DNA from: Syncephalis fuscata S228
Lineage: Eukaryota > Fungi > Zoopagomycota
Assembly (NCBI GenBank): GCA_025786725.1
Contig: JAHLTZ010000004.1
Location: forward strand, 372,001 to 436,000
Length of the DNA: 64,000 nucleotides
Reading direction: 5' to 3'
Shown here: piece after piece, positions 13,981 through 25,902 of the stretch
Layout of the letters: every line of letters starts with the position of its first letter
Numbering within the stretch: the first letter of the stretch is position 1
Position numbers and translations under genes: made by a program
The notes under the pieces: model-generated
What the model was told of the DNA's origin: nothing
What the model saw: the letters and a program-made list of their open reading frames with translations, nothing else
The model's database searches: none

Positions 13981-14259
13981 GATGAGCTAATATCAAACAA
14001 GTTTCAATGTCAAAGCGTCTACTACGCCAACAAATAGACAAACACAATAAAAGAGCCCGTTCGAAACGGCGTTGATGGCAATAACAGCAGTGAAAACACG
14101 AAAGAGAGGAGTGGTAGAGAAATGGTCGGGTGTGTCGGTCTACCTGCGTAATAAATCCCGTCGTTATTAATATTAATATTATTGTCGCTATTGCTATTGT
14201 TATTTTCTCGATCTTAACCATAGTGAATCTCACGCGTGACAACGTGTCAACACTTCAGC

Positions 14260-15281
14260 ATGTCAACTGAGCAAGCCCACAAGATCACGCTCAAGGGCTC
14301 TACTGCCATTGTTGTGGAGTTTTTTGGTTAGTATTCTCATAAGACATATGGTTATACCGCCACGTGGATATAGCATGCGCTAACGTGGATTATTCTTAGA
14401 ATACAGTATTCATAGGTAAGTCAAAGAACAGTAGGCAAAGTGCATAGCAGTAGACAGTATGGCTTAATGGCTTATAATAGCATTCTATTTCAACGTGGCC
14501 TCTATCCGCCTGAGGATTTCAAAATGTCCAAGAAATATGGACTTAATATGATGATTTCTACTGATGATAGTTTAAAGAACTATCTTAAAGAAGTGCTAAC
14601 TCAGTTAGAAGGTATGTAGCCATCTATTTGTTTATTATAAATACATAAGCATTAGTAACAATATTACATTATAGCTTGGATGTTAGAAGGCAAAGTAAAA
14701 CGTCTTGTATTTGTTGTAATGTCTCGAGAGACACGACAAGTCCTAGAACGTTGGCAGTTTGATATTCAAGTTGTTCAATCGTCAGATACAACAGATAATA
14801 GGTAATTACGTTTATTATTATTATTATCATTATTATTATTACTTCTTACTGTAAACTAACTATAATATAGTGACAAGCCAGTAAAGACCGAGAAAGAAAT
14901 CAACGCCGAAATTCAAGCTATTATGCGACAAATTACTGCTAGTGTTACTTTTCTACCCATGCTTGAAGAGCCATGTAATTATTTGTAGCTATAAATGATG
15001 TCATACCACTAACGCGGGGAATATCGGACAGGCACATTTAACATTGTTGTCTACGCTGATCACAACGCAGAAGTACCCACAACATGGAACGATACAGATC
15101 CTCATTATATTCAACAGAATGAAGAACAAGTAAGTAGTAGTAGTAGTAGTACAGCTATATTAGATATTGTTTATATAATATAATTTGTTATTATGATGAC
15201 TAGGTACGTTTGCGTTCATTCTCTACTACTGTACACAAGATTGATGCGCTGGTCTCTTATCGATTAAACCAAAATCCGTAA
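14260..15281 (+). CDS. MAD2: Spindle checkpoint HORMA protein Mad2 (not in ORF track)
   Basis: Spliced exons ITLKGSTAIVVEFF, ILFQRGLYPPEDF..KKYGL, LERWQFDI, EIQAIMRQITASVTFLP, VRLRSFSTTVHKIDALVSY. Confidence 0.95.
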
Positions 15282-15683
15282 TAATGCTCGTGTATAATTC
15301 TACTTATAAATCATTTGCTTATTACGGCTTAAACGACTGGATTAGTCTTATTTAATTGAATTAATGCTATTTAATTGATTGATCAATGGCTTAAATGGAG
15401 AATGGTAAAAAAATCAAAAATCAAATGTCAAATCAAATCTTCCGATCAATTCCGTTATAGTGATTTTCCAATATTTATATCTCATAATTTATTCACCGCC
15501 TTACACATAGCATGTCGCGTGTCTTTACGTCATATAGAAATAGAAATAGAAATATATAACTAGTGGAACTATATACACACACACACTTATATATATATTC
15601 CATCTGACTTTGCACACACATATCTCCACACACACTTACACTTCCTTCTTCTACTCTTTCTTTACTGTTCTACACTATTGGTC

Positions 15684-18600
15684 ATGCTGTCGCCGTTGCT
15701 TCAGCAATCTATACGCAGGGCACTGCGTCCTGCGGCATCCTCGTTACGTGCAGCATATCGACCACCTGCGTTTGGCCTATTTGCCACCCAACGTGCACAA
15801 TATGCTACCGCATCGCCCAACAACAGTGAGTCCTTTTTACAAGGTAGTTCGGCCAACTACGTTGATGAAATGTACCGAGCCTGGCGACATGATCCAAGCT
15901 CGGTGCATTTATCATGGCAAACTTACTTTAAAAACATTGCCGGTGGTGCACCACCCGGCCAGGCCTACCAAGCTCCGCCAACACTTGTACCCGGCAGTGT
16001 AGTGATGCCTGCAGGTACGGCTATAGGAGGAGCGGCTGCAGTGAAGTCGGCGACTAGTCAATCAGACGACATTTTCGACCATCTTAAAGTGCAACTATTG
16101 GTACGTGCCTACCAAATGCGCGGTCATCACTTGGCCAGACTAGATCCACTGGGCATTTTGGACGCAGATCTTGATTCCTCGTTTCCACAAGAATTAGAAA
16201 TTGAAAACTATGGATTTACGGCCAAGGATCTTGATCGTGAGATTACACTTGGGCCAGGCATGCTTCCAGGCTTCATTACCTACGAACGACCTACGATGAA
16301 GCTACGTGAAATTATTGAGCATCTTAAAGAAATATACTGTAAGCATTAAATTAAATTGAAATAAATAAACATGTATGCTAATTAATTAACGTGTCTTTTA
16401 GGTGGCTCTATCGGTATTGAGTATTGCCATATTCCAGATCGCAACCTATGTAACTGGATTCGTCAACGAATCGAGATTCCAACGCGTTATCGCTACTCTG
16501 TTGACGAAAAGCGTATGATTCTTGACCGCCTTATTTGGTCGGATTCATTTGAACGTTTTGTTGCTAGTAAATTCCCAAGCGAGAAGCGTTTTGGTCTTGA
16601 GGGCTGCGAATCTCTTATTCCTGGTATGAAGGCATTGATTGATCGTAGTGTTGATCTAGGCATTCGTTCGATTGTTATGGGTATGCCGCATCGTGGACGT
16701 CTTAATGTACTTAGTAATGTCGTTCGCAAGCAGAATGAATCCATCTTTTGCGAATTCAGTGGCGTACAAGGCCCATCAGAAGTCGAAGGCTCGGGCGATG
16801 TTAAATACCATCTTGGTATGAACTACGATCGACCCACACCGAGTGGCAAACGTGTACACTTGTCACTTGAAGCAAATCCATCGCATTTGGAGGCTGTGGA
16901 TCCAGTTGTACTGGGCAAGACACGTGCACTTCAATTCTACGCGGGAGATGAGCCAGAGCGTACTCATAGTATGGGCGTATTAATGCACGGCGATGCGGCA
17001 TTTGCTGCTCAAGGTGTTGTTTACGAAACACTTGGCATGTCCGACTTGCCATCCTATACTACAGGCGGTACAATCCACGTTGTTGTTAATAATCAAATTG
17101 GATTTACAACTGATCCTCGTTTTGCTCGCTCTACACCCTATTGTACCGATGTGGCCAAGGTAGTCAACGCGCCAGTATTCCACGTCAACGGCGATGACGT
17201 TGAAGCTGTGGTATTTGTATGCCAACTAGCTGCAGAATGGCGTCAAACATTCAAGAAGGATGTTGTTGTCGATATTGTTTGCTATCGTAAACAAGGCCAC
17301 AACGAAACAGACCAGCCAAGCTTTACCCAACCATTGATGTACCGTAAAATTAAAGAACAAAAGCCAGCACTACAGCTCTATGAAGAGCGTCTTCTTAACG
17401 AAGGCTCATTCACTGCTGATGAAATTAAACAGATGAAGGACCGTGTATGGAAGATGCTTGAAGAGTCGTATTCAGCCAGCAAGAACTACGAACCTACACC
17501 ACGCGAATGGATGGCCAGTATCTGGAATGGCTTCAAGTCACCTAGAGAATTGGCGAATGAAACTACGCGTACCTACCCAACTGGTGCTCCAAGAGATATG
17601 CTAGAACATATTGGCCGTGTTATTAGTTCATATCCAAACGACTTTAATGTGCATCCTAATCTGGCACGTATTCTTAAAACACGTCGCAAAACTATTGATG
17701 AAGGTGCCAACATCGATTGGCCAACAGCTGAAGCGTTAGCATTTGGCAGTCTGCTTATGGAAGGCAAGCACGTACGACTTAGTGGCCAGGATGTAGAGCG
17801 CGGTACATTCTCTCAACGCCATGCTGTTCTACATAACCAGGATAACGAACAACAATACATTTCGCTTGGTCGACTTGATCCACAACAAGCACCATTTACC
17901 ATTTGTAACTCTTCGCTGTCAGAGTTTGGCGCACTCGGTTACGAGTATGGCTATTCGCTTGTCAGCCCAAATGCGCTAGTTATGTGGGAGGCGCAATTTG
18001 GTGACTTTGCCAACAATGCCCAATGCATTATTGATCAGTTTATTGCATCTGGCGAAAAGAAATGGCTGCAACGTACTGGTCTTACTATGCTTTTGCCACA
18101 CGGCTATGACGGCCAAGGTCCAGAACATAGCAGTGGACGCATTGAACGTTTCTTACAGCTATGTGACGACAATCCATACCACTATCCAACACCAGAAAAG
18201 TTGGCGCGACAACACCAGGACTGTAATATGCAAGTTGTATATGCCAGTACACCGGCTAATTACTTCCATGCATTACGTCGTCAATTATTCCGCGACTTCC
18301 GTAAGCCTATGATTGTTTTCACTTCAAAATCATTGCTTCGCCACCCATTGGCCCGCTCAACACTTGCTGAAATGACTGACGAGACTATTTTCCGTCGTTA
18401 CATCCCTGAGGAAGACGTGAAGCAAGAGCTTGTGGCCAATGATAAGATTCGTCGACACATTCTTTGCTCAGGCCAAGTCTACTACAAGTTGGTACAAGCG
18501 CGTGAACAACGCGGTATTAAGGATGTGGCCATCAGCCGAGTGGAGCAAATCAGTCCATTCCCTTACGATTTGATTAAGCCACATTTGGACCAGTATCCAA

Positions 18601-18815
18601 ACGCTGAAATCTTCTGGTGCCAAGAAGAGCCGCTAAACTTTGGTGCTTGGACCTACGTTGAGCCGCGCATTATCACGGCCATGCAGGAAACCCAACACCA
18701 CAATAAGGCCAAGGTTTCGTATGCTGGCCGTGGTCCTACAGGTGCAGTTGCCACTGGCAAAAAGAAGCTGCATCTTAAGCAGGAAGAAATGATATTAGAT
18801 GCTGCGCTTTCTTAA
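15684..18815 (+). CDS. KGD1: Mitochondrial 2-oxoglutarate dehydrogenase E1
   Basis: Presequence; [39 protein letters not shown] (ThDP motif), WEAQFGDF; one intron at about 16339-16401. Confidence 0.98.
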
Positions 18816-19669
18816 ACTGCAATTAAGCTTCTGATTTATAAGAATTTTATTAGTAAAGCAAATTATTAAAAAAGCAATGATTCTTTCGAATGTTATATGT
18901 ATCACAGTATAGTATATAGCACATTAAATTTAAAATAATAACTATAATAGCGAAAGCGGTTTATTATTATTATGTTTTAATGGCATTGTTTAACATCCAA
19001 ACTAGACGTAGCTTTATAAAATAGCTTATTCTTTTCATAGCAAAACAAGCACAAATCGTTTAGAAAAGCATTTGTAATTATTTTTGGGTTATAGTAAACC
19101 AAACTATCAACATCTTCTATACGGCTTCGTAGGTGCCATGTCCTATTCATTTAATTAACTGCGGCAACTAAAAGTAGTTTCTTTTAAGACATAGCTAGAT
19201 AATAGGCTAAAGAACAAAAATAGTAAATTACTGCATATTAATTAGTCTGTTGTCCGCTCTCGTTTTATCCATTCTTTTTCAATAAAGTTTACTACTAGTT
19301 CTCAATCACACTATTATAACTCTAATATTAGTATATCTACTTGAGTAATATTTGCTAATTTTTACGCTTAAATAAAATATGAATATAAACCCAACAAATT
19401 GATAAAATATAATTAAATAGAACCATGTATTTATTACTACAACTTTGTATAGTTGAATAGATCCAATTAAAACTAGACTTGTTGGTAATATAATAAAATC
19501 ACTGATTAAAGGTTGAATAACTGGGGCATTGGATGAAGCTTGCTATAGATATGTAAGTAGGCTAAGCGGCAGCTGTTGAATGGTCTTGTTTTCCGCCGAA
19601 TACATACCTAAAGTATATTGAACTAGCAGCTTGATTATGCTACCAGTTCTAACGCCATGGGTATACCGG

Positions 19670-21764
19670 TTAAATTATTTCTGTAAATGCATATAAGTAA
19701 TGAATAAACCAGTAATATACACTATTGCTTACCTCCTGTTAATATTGAATTATTAATGCATATAGTACATATCATGTAGTTAGTGCATAGTCAATTTATA
19801 TACAATATTACATACCAACTATTAATATTAAATCGTTGGCAGGCACAATACGTAATAAGAATTAGTGTATAGTGGATTTATATATAATACCACTTACGGC
19901 CTATTAGTATTAAATGGCCGGTACCAACAATGAATATTTAATTAGCACATAATTAGCCAAGATACCATACCACTTATATCCTATTGATATCCGGTTGTCG
20001 ATACACAGAATGTATAGCATGCAATTAGTGCATAGGCAATTATTATAAAATCTCACTTACGGCCTATTATATCAAGTTGTTAACAAACACATTAATAGCA
20101 TATGGTTAATGCATAGCTAATTAATATACTATGCCACTTACAGACTGTTAATATTAAGTCATTAATAGACACAATAAATAGCTTTAGGTTAGTGCATAAA
20201 CAAATAATATGGAACATCACTTACAGTCTATTAATATTAAGTTGTTGATACAAACAGTGAAAAAGTAATTAATGTATAATCATATAATATAAAATATTGC
20301 TTACAACCTATTGGTATCAAGCCATTAATGCACGCAGTAAATAGTAAGCAATTAGTTAGTAGTCAATGAAGATACAATAGCACTTACGAGCTATCAATAT
20401 TAGATTATAGATACACACAGTATATGGTATGTAATTAATGCATAGTCAATTTCTATATAATGCCACTTACGATCTATCAATGTAGGCCATTGACGAATTC
20501 AGCGTATAGTATGTAGTCAGCACATAACCAATTGCTATAGAATATCACTTACCGACTATTGATATTAGTAGTAGTATACGCGGCATATATAGTTTAATTA
20601 ATGTACAGTTAAATAACATACAGCTTTACTTACATTCTATTTGCATTAAGTTATTAATTCATATAGTATATAAAATGTAGTTAGTACATAACTCATCAGT
20701 ATGCAAAGTTGCTTACGACCTATTATATCAAATTATTAATATGCACAATAAATAGTATTTAACAGTATACAGCTAATTGGTATAAAATGTTACTTACAAG
20801 CTATTAATATTAGTTATTGATACGCGCAGCACATAGCATGTGATTAGTACTTAGCCAATTAATATACAATGTTACTCACATTCTGTTAATATCAAATCGT
20901 CAACATAAATATAATGAGCATGTAATTAGCAGATAGCCACTAGTATATAATATCACCTACTATCTATTAATATCAAGTTGTTGATGTAAACAGCACATAG
21001 AATGCGATCAGTATATATCCAATTAATATATAATGTCACTTACTGCCTATTAGCATTAAGTCATTGATACACACAATGTATAACATATTAGCAATGCATG
21101 GCTAGTTGTTATATAATGTTACTTACAGCCTGTTAGTATCAGATTGTCGATACACATAATAGATAGCATGCAATTAGCGTATGGCTAATTGATATATAGC
21201 GTCACTTACCAGCTATTAGTATTAAATTGTTGATACACACAGTATATGGCATGTAATTAGTGTATAGTTAATTAATATGCAATAGTACTTACATTCTATT
21301 GATTTTTGTTTGGCAAAAAAATATTTAGTTAAATTGTCAGCTGACATACAGTAAAGCTTACGTCCTAGTAATGTCCATTCAGCATATTAGCATGACAAAT
21401 ATAACATTTGATTCGCTAGCTTATAATAAACTTACTTTTAGCCAATAGTACTGATTTAGTCATGTACATTAAAAGTAATATTTAATTAGCAAATATATAG
21501 CTATTAATGTTTTAAACTACGGGCTGATACATGTGTTTTTACGTTTGTCATGTGTATGATGGTAGCATACAATAAGTATTGGAACAGTAATCCATCACCA
21601 TGACTTACCATCTAATAGTATCTTTGGTTAAACATAGCGTTATTGTATATTTATTATAATTTCGACATACCACGACGACCTAGAGCTGGCTTAGCATCCA
21701 CAGAGGTTGTAGTAATTGCAAGGGCCATGGCAAGGGCGCAAACGACGGCAATAGAAAGCTTCAT
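19670..21764 (-). CDS. Micro-exon gene encoding a 62-aa secreted Cys-rich prepropeptide (26 predicted exons, 23 of 3 nt)
   Basis: Exon 1 (21764-21671) encodes MKLSIAVVCALAMALAITTTSVDAKPALGRR+G, followed by repeated YAG|NNN|GTRRG units. Joined CDS is 189 nt with no internal stop: ...DALLLAKR-QSGCNKSCQFDPRYFCRCLGEII*. One donor (19977) reads AT rather than GT; the CCC exon at 21521 has a weak GTAGTT donor. Confidence 0.85.
19733..21295. repeat. Degenerate tandem repeat, about 80-83 bp period, about 19 copies (each unit = one intron + one 3-nt exon)
   Basis: Plus-strand consensus approximately ctattaatattaagttattgatacacacagtatatagcatgtaattagtgcatagctaattaatataatgccacttac-NNN. Confidence 0.93.
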
Positions 21765-24073
21765 GTTGATATAGAGCTGTTAAACAAACAAGTAGAGTAG
21801 ACGATAGTGTATGGTAATATATAGGTAGTAGTGGATATTTGGTAAATGACAGAGTATGATGATGATATTGCTAATTATTTGTGTGTATGGTATGGGCTAT
21901 TTAAATCAATGGTTATGCTGGGATATCAGCACGTTGCACTATATGATCCATATCATTGTTGTGTAATGTAAAATAATAATAGCACATCCACATAGTGGCT
22001 TGAAGCATGTATGTACCACCATATCGATAAACGGTAGAGTGCTGTCAAGTCTTGCTTCAAGCTGTTCGGCGTTTAGACACAGGGCATAGCGATGTTGGTT
22101 ATTTGGTGCATACGCGGCGAGATACTCAAATCAGCCTGTTTTTGTTACACAGTTCGACTATTTAGTAAAACTAAACCTGTTAGTTTTACTAAATAATAGC
22201 AATAGCTTTGTTTTCTTTCTATTTACTCGAGTCTCACTATCTGCATGCATACTAAACAGCACACAATATTAGCGCATTATTAAATTTAGCACACTATATT
22301 GATATTTTTTATAGATATACACTGCCATGCGTAGACTAGCTGTGGCTCCTTGAGTCAGAAAATAGATTGATTGGTACATGTTTGCGTTTAATTTAAAGTT
22401 ATGCAAACTTTACAAAGCAAAAGATGCATTGGATATATAACGCATTGCATTCATGCATATCAATGTCACATGCTGCATGATTTTCGGCATTTAAGATGGA
22501 TTTTAGTAAAAACTGACTAAAAATCGACAGAGCAATAAAAATATTGTACTACAATGCATCACAGCATTTTAGGCAGTAAATTATTCCATTCAGTCATGCA
22601 TGCAATAGATTTTTAATTGTGGAATAGCCTGTATTTACCAAATTACATGCAATACAATTTCGAACACAATATGCACATCAGATAGTTTTGTCCAAAATCT
22701 GGTTAGTTTTGGGTGTACAATGGCAGTAGACTGTACATTAACCGGTAACGACTCAAAGTCTAGTTGACAATCTATGCTTCTAGAAGCGACTTTGACAACA
22801 AATTAGGCATTCCGTTGGTGTAGTACATCGCTGCATTCTATCTTGCAGCGTGATTTTGTTCCTACTTGTGCTAAAAAAAACAAATCATTTCGTCGAATTG
22901 TCGAGATTGAAGCAAGTTAAAGCGAGCGTTGTTTTTTATGTTACTGTCTTTCTAAATATAGATCGCTTTCTAGTTTTTAAAAGCAGCAAACTAAGGCTAG
23001 TTTCAAAAGAACGAACTAAAACACTAGCTAAAGAAAAACAATTGGTGGTGCAAATATTGACTAACCACCTAGCTTAATAGCAGGTTTTATGGGCAAAAAG
23101 CAAACCATTATAATCATACTAAGCTAAATTGAAATAATCGGAAATTTGACTGATTCTAATATAATTAGAACGGCATAATTAAATAAAGATGAGGTACAAA
23201 AAAAGAAAGCGTTGTATCTAACATTTAATAAAATGCCAAAGAGTATGCACCTGATGGTTTAGTCACTTTTCTAAAACTAAATTGATAAATATCCACTATT
23301 CGATAATACATTGATATTAATATTTTCTTCTGGAAATTATAGTATTTGCCGCATAAGCTGATTTATGGCTAAATAGAATAATGATGTAACAATACGCGCT
23401 ATCTATAAAAACCATAGCATAGAAACAAAGTGTCTTATTCTATACTAATAAAGTCATAGACGCAATGAAAAACAAAAAAATGTTTTTAGAGTTTTAATTT
23501 GCAGCTACATTTCCAGCAATAAATAAGAGAAATAAAACGGTTTTATTTATTTTCTATTAAGAAATTGTAACTATTCAAATAATCCTATTAAAATATTAAT
23601 TATAATAATGGCCAATAGTAATAAAAAATTAACGGCTTCTAATGAGATCAGTAATATGTTAATAGTTTTGCCGGTATTAACATTTAATCAATATTTACCA
23701 TACGCCATAAATTATTGATACTGGACAATTTTGATCAATGAAAGAATTATGCTATACGTTAATACTTATATTGGCACCATACCTATATAATTACAATTCT
23801 GAAATACATGTTTAACTGCTCAATGGTAGCTGCAATTCTATAACCTTAGCTATAATATGAAAGTTGGCTTATTGCTTGTAGTGGGACAAAAGACTATTGT
23901 ACAACGTATTACTATTAATAGTAACATGACTGGGCTGTAGTCATACGGTCTACTCACCTTGGCCCTGCTCGGGTCTCTTTGTTCTTGGACCATGTATTTC
24001 ATTAACTTTCTAAATACACAATATCTTCTATTTATTTTTTAATTCGGTTTATACTTGGATATAGTGCTAAAAT

Positions 24074-25083
24074 ATGGGCGATACGTGGAAAGTAAATGCA
24101 ACCAATCTATTTGGTATTCTGTTGCATCCGGATGGTGAAATGGATTTTCTTGGTTTTGTCAATAGAAAACAACAGAATTACGAGACAGCTAAAGATGAAG
24201 TTCAAAAGCGGCTGACAGTGGTTCAATTTCAAATGATGCTTAGTGTTGTACTGGGAACTCTATTTGCCTACAACTTAAGACGTTTATTACAGCATATTAC
24301 AGTTCAATCGTACAGCCTTCTCGACTTGTGCTATTTCATTCCATCTTTTTTGGGAATTGGATATACTATGTTAGCTATAGTGGCAGCACTAACCAACCAT
24401 CTAAATTGTAGAATAATTGTTTGGTATATTATGATAGCCATAAGCTTTTCAATGTTTTGCAACAGTATTGTTATACTATACAAAACCTATATTGTGCTGC
24501 TGTCGCAACGCCGAGTAGCCATTTGTGGCACCGTTTGTATTTTACCACAACTTTTCTTCAGTCTTGTTGCATGCAAACACTCTTATATTACATTGGAAAA
24601 ACAAGGCGGCTGTGTTTTTAACTACAATACCACTGTTGCGCTGTACTGGTTCACTATGATGATACCTAGCAACATACTTTTTTCAGGCATATTCAGCGCT
24701 GTAGTCTATAAACATTATAAGAAATACGGCTCCGATGCATAGAGAAGATTAGCCCGTAATGGTATTCAAATAATGTGTTTGGTAGTTCTCTGTAATATAG
24801 TATGCAGCATTGCTATTTTTTTAAAAATAGGAGAATCATTTGCAAGTAATTTTTATGTTTTTGACTGGTAAGTAGTTCATATAATTTAAAATGTATCTAA
24901 CGTTTATATAGGTATATTACAGCAACAATACTTGTGAGCGACGTTACGAAAAAGCGTACAAACAGCATACCCAACACTTCAAGAAGGAGTAGGCTGAATA
25001 ATATTTACAGTACTGACGTTGATATAAACCAGACCAGAACGGGATATTCTAGTCGGTTTGCAATTATCAGTAACTATATATAA
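24074..25083 (+). pseudogene. 7TM GPCR-like gene copy A with in-frame TAG at a conserved Trp codon (pseudogene, or base error)
   Basis: Colinear with copies B and C; GATGCA-TAG-AGAAGA at 24740-24742 versus GACGCA-TGG-AAAAGA; frame, intron and last exon otherwise intact. Confidence 0.7.
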
Positions 25084-25902
25084 TTTTTAACACTAATACA
25101 AACTATGGCTGTTATTGAGTTTATATCATTTGCTTTAATATTAATAAACAATTTTAACTTGGCAAATTCAACAATAGTAGCATTTGATCTACAAATGGTC
25201 AACAGTACAAATTAAAAGGCTTAATGGTTATTCGGTGCAATAATATAGTTTTAATTACTATAGGTTGCAGTATATTTAAAATAATAGATGATACAATTTA
25301 AATAATAAATGGTTTAGTTTTATTAACAATATATTACTAATGCTACTGAATTATTTATTGTCTTGAATGCTATTTATTTATAACACAGCAGGTACACAGG
25401 CTTACGTCAATGATTTTACAGTAAAAATAAGAATAAACTGTAGAATTGTCATGTAATCACTATGATTTCTGGCGTGTACATGCTTATCATAAACTGACAC
25501 AGAGTGTCATTTGTAACATAGGTATAAACTATTAATGCTAGGCATTCTGGATATAAATAAATTACGCCACATAGTGAGATAATCATATTGGCGCCATAAA
25601 CACATATCTGCAAAGTTAAATTTCAAATTTGACTGGCTAATGGCAGCCGCAATTGTATAATTTTAAAGTTTTAATAGCATGCAATTTAGTTTATTATTTA
25701 TAGTGCACCGAAAGTGGCTTTTTTACAGCATGGCAAGATTCGCTATTTATGGTAATAAGACCGGTTATTTTACGACATGCATTTTACTCGCCTTGGTCCA
25801 ACTTGGAGTCTTTTGCTCAGACTATGCACTGCTTTAATTCTTTAAATACCCACTTTTTAGTTACTTTTTAATTTCGTCTATATTTGTGAATAGTGTTGAA
25901 AT

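Noticed and set aside
14232-14237. MCB-like ACGCGT upstream of MAD2
   Set aside because: Single hexamer very near the ATG; the same hexamer occurs elsewhere in the window, so not supportable
19971-19977. AT donor in the micro-exon gene as a U12 intron
   Set aside because: Sequence is ATAAGTG, not ATATCCT, the intron ends in AG, and it is homologous to the neighbouring GT-AG introns
19733-21295. CRISPR-like array or plain minisatellite (conserved repeat with variable insert)
   Set aside because: Eukaryotic context, no cas genes, degenerate ~80-bp repeats and 3-nt 'spacers'. The best-conserved positions are the splice signals, and the triplets translate coherently, so intron/micro-exon structure explains it
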